This document shows, in pieces, positions 51,887 through 62,342 of a stretch of 64,000 nt of DNA. Within the stretch, counting starts at the first letter, position 1. The number at the start of each line of letters is the position of its first letter. The position numbers and the translations under genes were made by a program. The stretch covers positions 29,636,001 through 29,700,000 of the forward strand of contig NC_045701.1 in assembly GCF_009834535.1 (NCBI RefSeq). The letters run 5' to 3'. The stretch is from Camelus ferus. Its lineage: Eukaryota. Below the pieces are notes generated by a model. It made no database searches, was not told the origin of the DNA, and was given only the letters and a program-made list of their open reading frames with translations.

Positions 51887-52828
51887 TTATGTCTCCTGCT
51901 TTTTCCAAGTAAGTCCACTCTTATCCCACAGCTTTCTCATGGCTGACTTGACCTCCTTGTTCCGAAGTGTGTAGATAAGTGGATTCAGCATGGGGGTAAT
52001 AACATTGTAGAGTACAGACACCATCTTGTCCACAGAAAAAGTGGAGAAGGGACGAGCATAGATGAAAATACAGGGTCCAAAAAAGAGGGTTACCACCATG
52101 AGGTGAGAGCCACAGGTGGAGAGTGCCTTTAGCCTTCCCTCCTTGGATCGAATCTTGACCAGGATTGTGGTGTAGGAAGAAACCAACACTACAAAGGAGC
52201 TGGTGGAGATCAACCCGCTGTTAGATACCATTAGCAATTCAATGACAAATGTGTCTGCACAGGCAAGTTTGATGACAGGAGGAACATCACAAAAGAAATT
52301 GTCCACCTGGTTTGGCCCACAAAAGGGCAGACAGATAGCGAGAATCGTCTGGACAGTAGAGTGCACAAATCCGCCCATCCAGGAAGCAGCTACCAACACA
52401 CAGCATAATCCTCGACTCATGATGGTGGTATAGTGCAGGGGGTGACAAATTGCAACATAACGATCGTAGGCCATCACTGTGAGCAGGAACATCTCAGCTG
52501 CTCCTACAAAATGCAGGAAGAAGAGCTGCACAATGCATAGGTCATAGGGAATGAGCTTTTCGTTATCAAGAAAGTCAGCCAGAAGCTTAGGGGTAGTTAC
52601 TGTTGAATAACATAGGTCCAAGAAAGAGAGGTTGCCAAGAAGGAAATACATGGGTGATGAATTCAGATAGTTGTCAGAGGCCACTGTGACCATGATAAGG
52701 ACATTGCCTACCCAAGTGGACACATAGAAGAGAAGAAATAGTACAAATAGCCCTGCTTCAATAGATGGTGTCTGTGAGAAGCCTGCCAGGACAAATTCTC
52801 TCACTACTTCTGTTTGGTTTTCATCCAT
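51887..52828 (-). CDS. OR4Q2: Olfactory receptor 4Q2 ortholog, intact, 313 aa
   Basis: MDENQTEVVREF..GFSQTPSIEAGLFVLFL and C-terminus GLTWKKQET match recalled human OR4Q2. ATG at 52828; the track start at 52843 is a GTG directly after acceptor TTCCTTCACTTAG|. Confidence 0.9.
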   Translation of the reverse strand: MDENQTEVVREFVLAGFSQTPSIEAGLFVLFLLFYVSTWVGNVLIMVTVASDNYLNSSPMYFLLGNLSFLDLCYSTVTTPKLLADFLDNEKLIPYDLCIVQLFFLHFVGAAEMFLLTVMAYDRYVAICHPLHYTTIMSRGLCCVLVAASWMGGFVHSTVQTILAICLPFCGPNQVDNFFCDVPPVIKLACADTFVIELLMVSNSGLISTSSFVVLVSSYTTILVKIRSKEGRLKALSTCGSHLMVVTLFFGPCIFIYARPFSTFSVDKMVSVLYNVITPMLNPLIYTLRNKEVKSAMRKLWDKSGLTWKKQET

Positions 52829-53446
52829 TTGATGAGACTCCACCTAAGTGAAGGAAATTAAACAAAAGGCATTAGTAACATTAAAAATAAATGAGATATT
52901 TCACTCAGAATGTAAGAATATTCTTACTTCAAAAGGGATCTTTTTCTCTAGGATACATCTTGATTGATTAGCCAAAAGAAATTATTTTCTCCTTAGATGA
53001 TATGAATATATATTCTCCAGCAGTTCTAGTTTTGAGACAATGAAGTAACCAAGAGTTTCTGAATAATGAAATCACTCACTACTGAACCTTTAACTTCAAC
53101 TTGATGCATCTCTCTTCCATCAGTCAGTATTTTCCTCCCCCTTTTTTACATTTAATCTCAAGACATACATTAAATTTCCCTGAGATACTATTTTTTTAAT
53201 ATAAAATCTTTAGGAAAAAATAACATAGAAGTTAGAATTTAAGATTCCAGTGAACAGGCATTACAGTATGTAGAGGTTTTATTTGGGATAGGAAATCATC
53301 ACACTGCATAGATGGTTAGGCTGCTGTAATAACCGTATGCCCTTCTCTATCAAGATAACTCTTCAGGCTCTACCCTGTGAAAATGGCCAGAGAAAGGATT
53401 ACATTCCACTTTGGGCTTGTTGCTAGTTCATTACCTAAGTAATGAT

Positions 53447-53700
53447 TCTTACCTAAGTTTGCTGAATGCTGTCCAGCTTATTATTGTTATAATACATTTC
53501 TGTCCAGCCTATTATGTCTATAATACATTTCTCATCTTAAGTAACAGCTGTGGACATATGGGCACAGATTATGGTTTTACTGATCTAAATAGAACCATAA
53601 TGGTTATTCAGACATTAGGCTGACTCTCTCTTTTGACTCCTGTCAAATTGGGTAAAGAGACATTATTTCTCTAAGATAACAGAATTAGCAATCCAGGGAG
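53447..53700 (-). promoter_or_regulatory. Candidate OR4Q2 promoter and first exon
   Basis: On the minus strand, O/E-like TCCCTGGAT (53691-53699) lies next to TAATTC (53682-53687). A donor TAG|GTAAGA is at 53453/53452. Confidence 0.4.
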
Positions 53701-54787
53701 TGTGTTTGTATGTATGTGTGTATTTTATCCATTCATATGAGCAGGGGCTAGAAGATGCTACTGCATGCGATGAAATGAGTGAGAGTCCACTGAGGACTGT
53801 GGGTGCTCATGACTGCTGCTACTGACACAAATTCTACAGTCTTAACCACACACACAGCAATATTTTGAAGATTTAAGGCATGATAATTTCAAGTTTAGAT
53901 ATTGGTGGATTTTCCTTACCTTATCATAGTTTGTACCCCTTTTAAATCTGTGAACTGAATATCTTCATTTAGGCTTATAACAAGAATAAAAATTTTGAAA
54001 AAGATAATTTTAAACCAAATAAAAGTTAGTTTAAATAAGACAATAAAAATTTACATACCTCTGAATGAAGGAAATTATATAAATAGAATTATTATATTAA
54101 TTATATTCTAACAATGGAAAATATCAAGGAATAATATGAAGAAAACCTTCAGATTTAAATATTATTCTGTTAAAATGATGTTTGTCAAAAGATTCATTAA
54201 CATGAGAAAATAGTAACAAGAGCATGAAGAAATGCTTTCAGTGTAATAGACTAAGTCTTCTGTCTATAAAGTGTAGATTCTCAGGTCTTGCAGTCACAGA
54301 TATCTGGCACATCAACACTACAGAACCATCCTATACACTATGAAAGCAAGAAGATAAATAAATTAGATGGAACCCCCTGGTTACACTAACCATCATTAGG
54401 AAATTTTGATGTTTAGGGATTTAGGGATTCAGATACTCACAGTCAAATTGCAAAGGGGATCATTAAAAATTTTTAATCATAACCTTTTGTGAAATTATGG
54501 AATACAAAAACGTGTGTTGGGGTAACAGTGGTTGGGTTATACTGAGAGGTGAGTGTTCCCAGGACTGAGGTTGATGGGAAGAAATACAAAACATTACGGA
54601 AACTTTGGCTGCACGTGTCTTGCCAAAAACAGTACATGGTTGCATTGCTTTCTCCCTATAGAATGCCTTCTCTAGTCAGAATTTTCCACTTTAGATTTTA
54701 TATTATTTTATTTTTCCAAATTATAGAAATATGTAAGGAAAGAATAAAAATCTTACCCTTTCTTTCATTGCCACCTCTACACCACTA

Positions 54788-54858
54788 GGGGAGGGGAGAA
54801 GAGAGAGAGGGGAATAGAGAGAGAAAGAGAAGAAAGAAGAGAGAAAGAGAGACAGAGA
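54788..54858 (+). repeat. (GA)-rich low-complexity repeat
   Basis: Direct reading of the sequence. Confidence 0.85.
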
Positions 54859-55164
54859 TTCATCCATGGATATACTTTCATGTACTGTATGCAGCTTTAA
54901 TTCTTTTTTAACTAATACATAATACTTGTAAAACTTGGGTATACTAGAGTGAAATAAATATTCCATTGATGAACATATAGATCATCTATTATTTTATAGC
55001 TATTATTAATAGCACTACAATGAATAATTTTAAATTTTTGAATTTTGAATTTTGATCATAATTCTTTAGATATTTACTGAGTATTTAGAAAGAATAGAGG
55101 TCTGAGAGTGAGATTTCTGAGACAAATGTTGACAGATTTTTTTTTCCTCCCATGAACAAAATAC

Positions 55165-56057
55165 ATGGCTGAATAGTATTCCATTGTATAAATTTACCAT
55201 ATCTTCTTTATCCAGTCATCTGTCAGTGGACATTTAGGCTGTTTCCATGTCTGGGCTATTGTAAATAGTGCTGCTATGAACATTGGGGTGCAGGTATCTT
55301 TTTGAAGTAGGATTCCTTACGGATATATGCCCAGGAATGGGATTACTGGGTCATATGGTAAGTCTTTTCCTAGTCTTTTGAGGAATCTCCATACTTTCTC
55401 CACAGTGGCTGCATCAAACAGCATTCCCACCAACACTGTAGGAGGGTTCCCTTTTCTCCACAGCCTCTCCAGTATTTGTCATTAGTGGACTTTTGAATGA
55501 TGGCCATTCCGGCTGGTGTGAGGTGATACCTCATTGTAGTTTTGATTTGCATTTCTCTGATAATTAGTGATATTAAGCATTTTTTCATATGCCTATTGAT
55601 ACGCCATTTGCAGCAACATGCATGTCCCTGGAGAATGTCATTCTAAGTGAAGTAAGCCAGAAAGAGAAAGAAAAATACCTTATGAGATCGCTCATATGTG
55701 GAATCTAAAAACAAACAAACAAACAAAAAAGAACATAAATACAAAACAGAAACAGACTCATAGACATAGAATACAAACCTGTGGTTGCCGAGAGGGAGAG
55801 GAGTGGGAAGGGACAGATTGGGAGTTCGAAATTTGTAGATACTGACAGGCATGTATAGAATAGATAAACAAGATTATACTGTATAGCATGGGGAAATATA
55901 TACAAGATTATACTGTATAGCATGGGGAGAGATCTGGTGGTAGCTCACAGCAAAAAAGAATGTGACAATGAATGTATGTTCATGTATAACTGAAAAATTG
56001 TGCTCTACAGTGGAAATTGACACAACATTGTAAACTGACTATAACTCAATTAAAAAG
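55165..56057 (+). mobile_element. Camelid-type L1 with 5' inversion (twin priming) and 15-bp TSD
   Basis: 55165-55598 is antisense L1 ORF2 C-terminus (track ORF 55370-55588, ...[16 protein letters not shown]...CWWEC). About 55600-56057 is the sense 3' end with A-tail. TSD AACAAAATACATGGC (55155-55169) / AACAATATACATGGC (56059-56073). Confidence 0.88.
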
Positions 56058-56399
56058 AAACAATATACATGGCATTATTTTACACTGTTTCTAACACTGA
56101 ATAATATCAACCTTTACAGTTATTCAATTTTAATTTTGAATATGTGATAGGTAAAAATAATAGCTTGTTCTCTTAATTAGCATTTCCCTCATAGTAGTGT
56201 GAATAAACTTTTTTTAGGAATTCACTGGGTACATACTTTTTCTTCTGAAATGTCATGTTTGTTTTGTCACTTTGCTTTTTTTTTTTTATTATGTCTTCAT
56301 TATTAATATACTGTTCTCCAGGCTTCAAGAATATTATGCAGTGCAAATATTTGAAATATTTATTCCTAGCCTAAATTTATAATTGATTGAATTTTTACT

Positions 56400-57290
56400 T
56401 ACATAAACTTCCAACCAGAGGGAAACCTAGCAAATTAACAGTACCTCAGGAGGCTTCCTTATGTCACCCTCTCGGTCAAAAACCCTCAAACTCTTTTATG
56501 ACTTCTATCACCGTTGATTAATTTTGTCTGTTTAAACTTTATATAAGTGGAATTATGTAACATCTCTATATATGTTTGATTACTTTGATTTGACACTATG
56601 TCTGTGAAATTTATCTCAGTTATTAGGTTTACTAGTGTTTGTACATTTTTATTGCCAGTGAGCTGTATTACTGCTTCCATTGTATGAGCATACCATAATT
56701 TACATATTACACTGTTGTTGGACATGTGGTTGGTTTCTCAGTTTGGTCAGATACAAGTAAAACTGTTGTGAACATTGCTCTGTGTGTTTCTGGATGAAGG
56801 TAATGCTCATTTCTGTTGGATGTGTATTAAGAGTTAAACATTTCAATCCAAGGACAAATGTATATTTAATTTGGTAAGAAACTGTCAAACACTTTTCAGT
56901 TACTATTATACTAATTTACATCTCATCAGCATTGTAAGAGACTTTTTAGTGCTCCACATCCTCTTCAACACTTGTTATCCATCTCTAAAAAAAAACAATT
57001 ACCCATTACGCTGTGTGTGTAATGGTATCTATGGTTTAACTTGCATATTTTTGATAAATAATAATGCTGAACATTTTTTCATATGTTTATTGGCTATTTG
57101 GAACTCTCTTTCATGAAGTGCCCATTCCAGTTATTTGCTCAATTGTTAATTGGGTTATGTGCATTTTCTTTTTGACTTATACAAATTATTTGTGTAATGT
57201 ATAAACAAATTCTTTGTTGGATATATGTACTACAATGGTCTAATCCTATCAGTGGCTTACTTTTTCACTTTCTTAATGGTGTCTAGGAGG
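56400..57290 (-). mobile_element. Old L1 (MC/ME-like) 3' region
   Basis: 'cctcaggaggcttccttatgtcaccc...ttggacatgtggttggtttctcagtttgg...cattttttcatatgtttattggctatttgg'. Confidence 0.7.
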
Positions 57291-57319
57291 CAGAAGCTCT
57301 TTTATTTAATGTTTCAAAT

Positions 57320-58125
57320 TAAACTTAATTTTTTTATTGAAGTAATAGTTGATTTATAATGTATTAATTTCTGGTGTACAGTGTACTGGTTCATTTATAC
57401 ATATATATTCCTTTTCATATTCTTTTTCATTATAGACCATTGCAAGGTATTGAATATATCCCCCTGTACTATCCAGGACCTTACCGTTTATCTATTATAC
57501 AGAGTAGTTTGTATCTGAAAATCCTGAACTCCCAATTTATCCTTCCCCACCCCCACATCCCCCTAGTAACCATAAGTTTATTTTCTATGTCTACAAGTCT
57601 GTTTCTGTTTTGTAGATAAGTTCACTTGTGTCATTTTTTTAAGACTCCACATATAAATAATATCATACAGTACTTGTCTTTCTCTGTCTGACTTACTTAG
57701 CTTAATATNNNNNNNNNNNNNNNNNNNNNNNNNNNNNNNNNNNNNNNNNNNNNNNNNNNNNNNNNNNNNNNNNNNNNNNNNNNNNNNNNNNNNNNNNNNN
57801 NNNNNNNNNNNNNNNNNNNNNNNNNNNNNNNNNNNNNNNNNNNNNNNNNNNNNNNNNNNNNNNNNNNNNNNNNNNNNNNNNNNNNNNNNNNNNNNCTTCT
57901 TTATCCAGTAATCTGTTGGTGGACATTTAGGCTGCTTTCTTGTCTTGGCTATTGTAAATAGTGCTGCTGTGAACATTGGGGTGCATGTGTCTTTTTGAAA
58001 TAGAGTTTCCTCTAAGTATATGCCCAGGAGTGGGATTGCTGGATCATGGGGTAAGTTTATTTTCAATTTTTTAAGGAATCTCCAGTTTTCCATAATGATG
58101 GTACCAAACTACATTCCCATCATCT
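57320..58125 (-). mobile_element. L1 3' end (cetartiodactyl-type), partly N-masked
   Basis: T-rich head, then L1 3' UTR. Track ORF 57578-58093 encodes L1 ORF2 C-terminus (PHDPAIPLLGIY...CTPMFTAALFTIAK). Confidence 0.85.
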
Positions 58126-59108
58126 TAACCTGATCATATTCTATTATTTGGAAATATTCTACTCTATCTTGTGGATTAATATTATATTTAGAATCTTTGT
58201 AACTCTGGCTATCATACCTAAAGGCTCAACAATTAGGAAGTCACTATGTAAAATATTGTGTGTCCATATAATAATAATGCTATAGTATGGAACCATTAAA
58301 ATATGTTACCAAAGTGGCTAACTACATAGAAAATTTTTATAAATGCCTTTCCTATTTAAAAATATTTTACTCATAGCTAAAGAATGCATCTCTCAGTGTG
58401 GTGATGGTTGTGAGCTTGGGGTGGGGCACCCAAGGTGGAGCTAACACATGGAAAGGAGTCTTTCTGACAGTTAAGTACACAGGCTTCTACTTTCTATGCT
58501 AACCTTTATTCTAGAGACTTTTCTTCACATGTGGAACCAAGTCTTGTTGCCAGAATTACAACTTTCCCTTTGTCGCTAGAGATAAATTCACTTTCAATCA
58601 TAGCTAAAACAGCAAATTTTGCCTGCCAAAATAATTTTGTTTCTGTTTCCCTCATTATTCTAAACAAAAAAATCCTTGAGTTAGAATTTTAAAAGTGTAA
58701 GACTCTGAAACATATTCCAGCATGATGAATACAGAGCAAAATAGAAAACCAGATTTAATAGTACCACAGTCTTTTGAGTGCCCTCTCTAGAGAGCCACTC
58801 CCCAAAGATGGCCTCTATAGATACTAAAAGAGCACAATATTTAAATTGTTCATTTGATTCTATCTAGCCTATGAGACCATGATTCTCTTTGCCACCATCA
58901 TATTGCATTTACGGTTTATATAAAAAGAAAGTTACAGGGGGCAAACCTGAGGAGTGTCCATGACTGATTTCTTGATCCTATAATATTCTTGCTCCTAAAA
59001 GACTCCTCAGCAGTTCATGTGAATTCCTGCAATAATGTTTGGAACACTATTATATTTGGTTTTTCTGAGATCCGAGAAAACTGTCCTATTTGGTTTTTCT
59101 GTACTCTG

Positions 59109-59166
59109 ATGCAGAAAATGGCATTTAACCATACAGCATTCTCTGACACTCACCTTGTATCTTCAG
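59109..59166 (+). CDS. Predicted short upstream coding exon of the OR11-family gene (MQKMAFNHTAFSDTHLVSS + 1 nt)
   Basis: ATGs at 59109 and 59118 (AAAATGG, strong Kozak). Donor CAG|GTAAGG at 59166/59167 is phase 1. Joined to the acceptor ending at 60222, it gives G+CT = Ala, in frame with the OR ORF. Confidence 0.45.
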
Positions 59167-60222
59167 GTAAGGTAAAGCTCACAGAATTCCAAGCTCTGCT
59201 ATTTCTTCCTTCCACCCTCTCTAGTTTTATATTCTGTCACTTAATGTGTGAATTGTAACTGGATCACTTCTTCAGAATCAAAGCCAAGATTTTATGTGAG
59301 AATTCATAAAAAATGTTACTTCAAAAATTTGCTAAAACTCTTTAAGTGTCTTGCCAGTGGCTCCTTTTTATTTCCACACTACATGAGGGAGTTCGGATCC
59401 TAAAACAGGGAAAATTCCAGAAAATGAATGTGGATACACTTTCCTTCAATGAAACTTCAAGAAATATAGTGCCTGCCTCCTGTTACTTTTTATTACTTTT
59501 AGCAAGTAGAAAACAAGGAAATCTATTTGTACTTGAGATTGTGTAATGTGAAGACAGGCTCTGTGAGCAAATCTGTATTTGACATATTTTCATAATTGAT
59601 GCCATTGATGCCTATTTGACTTTAATGTATATTTTCAAAAGTGTATTTTTACTGAAGGGAGGAATTGAAATGTAGAATCTAATGAATTTGCATTTTAATA
59701 CTGACTTATACTCTATTCTAAAAATATACAGAAATATTTTCCATAACCTATCACAATAAAACTAAAATAAATTAAGTTACATAAAGTATTTAAATCTATT
59801 GATATTGCCCTCAATTCAGCTTGCACATTTCTCACACAAATAGAACAAAGATTATTGAATATCATTATCTTTAATATCTTTGTAACTCATAAACACTGGG
59901 TTACCAAGGCTGTATTTTTTCAGTCTTTTTTATTCACTGTTTGACCTAAAATTGTAGGTCCTTATATATATTTGCTTATTGTCAATACCAACTAACTTTG
60001 CTTGTGAGCAGCAGACAATCAGGAGAGTTGTCTGTTCACGTTGTATTTATTACATCCGGAATAGGAATATGAATACTGCAAAATCATGGAAAAATCTCTG
60101 CATGAGTATTTTATTATTTACAGACAGGAAGAGTGATGTTACCCTAAGCAAGGCATCTTCCCTAATGAGTAATACTATGAAAAGCTATTTTTAATATGGA
60201 AATCTGCCATTTTTTTTTGCAG

Positions 60223-61199
60223 CTTTGAAAACAAATAAATATTCCCATGTAAAGAATTGCTCTACATCTGTGAGTAGATTCATCCTTTTAGGCTTCCCTT
60301 GTACCCAGGAAATTCAGATCCTCCTTTTTTCAGTCTTTTTTGGGTCATATATTCTGACAGTCATTGGAAATCTGTGCATTATCTGTGTTATGAGGTGGGA
60401 CCATTGGCTACAGACTCCAATTTACATCTTGCTGGCCAATTTTTCCTTCCTGGAAATCTGGTTTATCACCTCCACTGTCCCTAATATGCTAGCCAACCTT
60501 CTCTCTGACACCAGCACCATCTCCTTCTCAAGCTGCTTCCTCCAGTTCTACTTCTTCTTCTCCATGGGCACCACTGAGACCTTCTTGTCTGCCATGGCCT
60601 TTGACAGGTACCTTGCTATCTGCAGGCCCCTGCGCTACCCCACTGTCATGACAGTTCAGCGCTGCATCAGAGTGGGAGCCTGCTGTTGGACGTGTGGCTT
60701 CTTGTACTTCCCCTTGCCTATTTACCTAATCTCTCAGCTCCCATTCTGTTGTCTCAATAAGATTGATCACTTCTTATGTGACCCAGGACCCCTTATAAAG
60801 CTGTCCTGGGTGCCAGCTCCTGTTACTGAGATCATCTGTGCCACCTATAATTCAGTTCTCATCTTCTCTACCTTAATCTTCATTACCAGCTCCTACACCC
60901 TGGTAATCAGGGCTGTGCTTAGGGTCCCCTCAGCAGAAGGCCGGCATAAGGCTTTCTCTATGTGTGGCTCCCATCTGGCCGTGGTGTCCCTATTCTGTGT
61001 TTCTATTATGGTCTTATATGTGAGCCCAACAGCGGGCAATCCAGCAGGGATTCAGAAATATGTGACTTTGTTCTATTCTGTGTTAACTTCACTTTTCAAC
61101 CCCATGATCTATAGTCTACATAATAAGGAGATGAAGGAGGCTCTGAGAAAATTATTCAGGACTGTGAGATTTAGTCAGAGGCATGGAAGAAATCTTTGA
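60223..61199 (+). CDS. OR11-family olfactory receptor ORF lacking its own ATG; functional only if spliced, otherwise a pseudogene
   Basis: FILLGFPC, ANFSFLEIW, CFLQFYFFFS, MAFDRYLAICRPLRYP, DHFLCDPGP and KAFS.CGSHL are OR11-type motifs. It begins TTG AAA after acceptor TTTTTTTTTGCAG|CT. The first in-frame ATG is at residue 56. Several conserved residues are altered. Confidence 0.75.
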
Positions 61200-61929
61200 A
61201 GAAATTGTGTTCACAACTGAAATAATGTATGGGAAATAAATAATTGAAAGGTTGATATTCAGTTGCATTAACTGAAGTACGAAAGTATCTTTTAGGGGAG
61301 GAAGAATATATTCAATGTAATAAAATATTTATAAAATTAACTATCTATCTCTTCAACTTTTATTATTAGAGAAAAATTTATATTAATAGTATTTTTTTTC
61401 AAATTCACATAAAAACAATCAAAGAAAAAGTGATCATCTTGCTGTCATTCAGATCGAATACTAGTTAATAGTTTGCTGCCAGTATCATACACATAAACAC
61501 ACCCATACACACAATTTGTCCTATACTTAAATTTATTAGTAGAATTTTTCAAAGGAATCAGTAGTTACATATGCTAAATTTACAAAACAATGTTTAAACG
61601 TTAATTCTTGTGTCAATATTAAAAACATGACAGGCTGTATTTATTTTCTAATGAAAGTTGACTTATCATGATATCATAATCACCAAGATTTAGTGAAAAT
61701 ATCCTTTGGTATTTAGATCCATTGATTTTTTTCCATTATATATTTATCCACTTTTAAGAATTATTCTTGGAAAAAGCTCTCTGTTTAGGATGAACCATAC
61801 ATTGCCTTTTCCTATATGCCATTTTTGCCTGCTATAGGTTCGAATGTGATGGCCAATGACTGGTCGGTACTGCAATGGCTGAAGTTGTTAGATTTGCTCT
61901 GCTTTATCTCAAGGACACTAGTATATCAT

Positions 61930-62165
61930 ATTCTCAAGCAGAATTTTCTTCATCCTACAAAGAAACCCTGTACCCAGTAACAATTACTCTCTTCTCTCAA
62001 GTCCTGGCAGCCACTTTCCATTGCTCTGTATTTGCCTATTCTGGACATCAGATTAATGGAATCATATGATATGTTGCCTTTTGGGACTGGCTCCTTTCAT
62101 TTAGCATAATGCTCATTTCTGTTGTAATCAGTACTTTATTCCTTTTTATAGCTATTTAGCATTCC
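61930..62165 (-). mobile_element. L1MB-type 3' fragment
   Basis: 'cagaattttcttcatcctacaaagaaaccctgtacccag...gcctattctggacat...aatggaatcatatgatatgttgcc'. Confidence 0.75.
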
Positions 62166-62342
62166 TGTATAGAAGAAAATATGAAAATCAGTAAAATTCA
62201 TTCAGTGGCTTTTTATCATCCTTACTCTTTAATTCAAGTTAATCGATCTTTTTCACTGATCAAAATGGTTTGCTTTAACATCACAGAGATTCCGTTTGTA
62301 AATTTCCTGAGACAAGGCTACGGTGGTAACAGCCCTGTAGAT

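Noticed and set aside
54412-54429. Two TTAGGG hexamers (telomere-like)
   Set aside because: Only two spaced copies, which is chance level.
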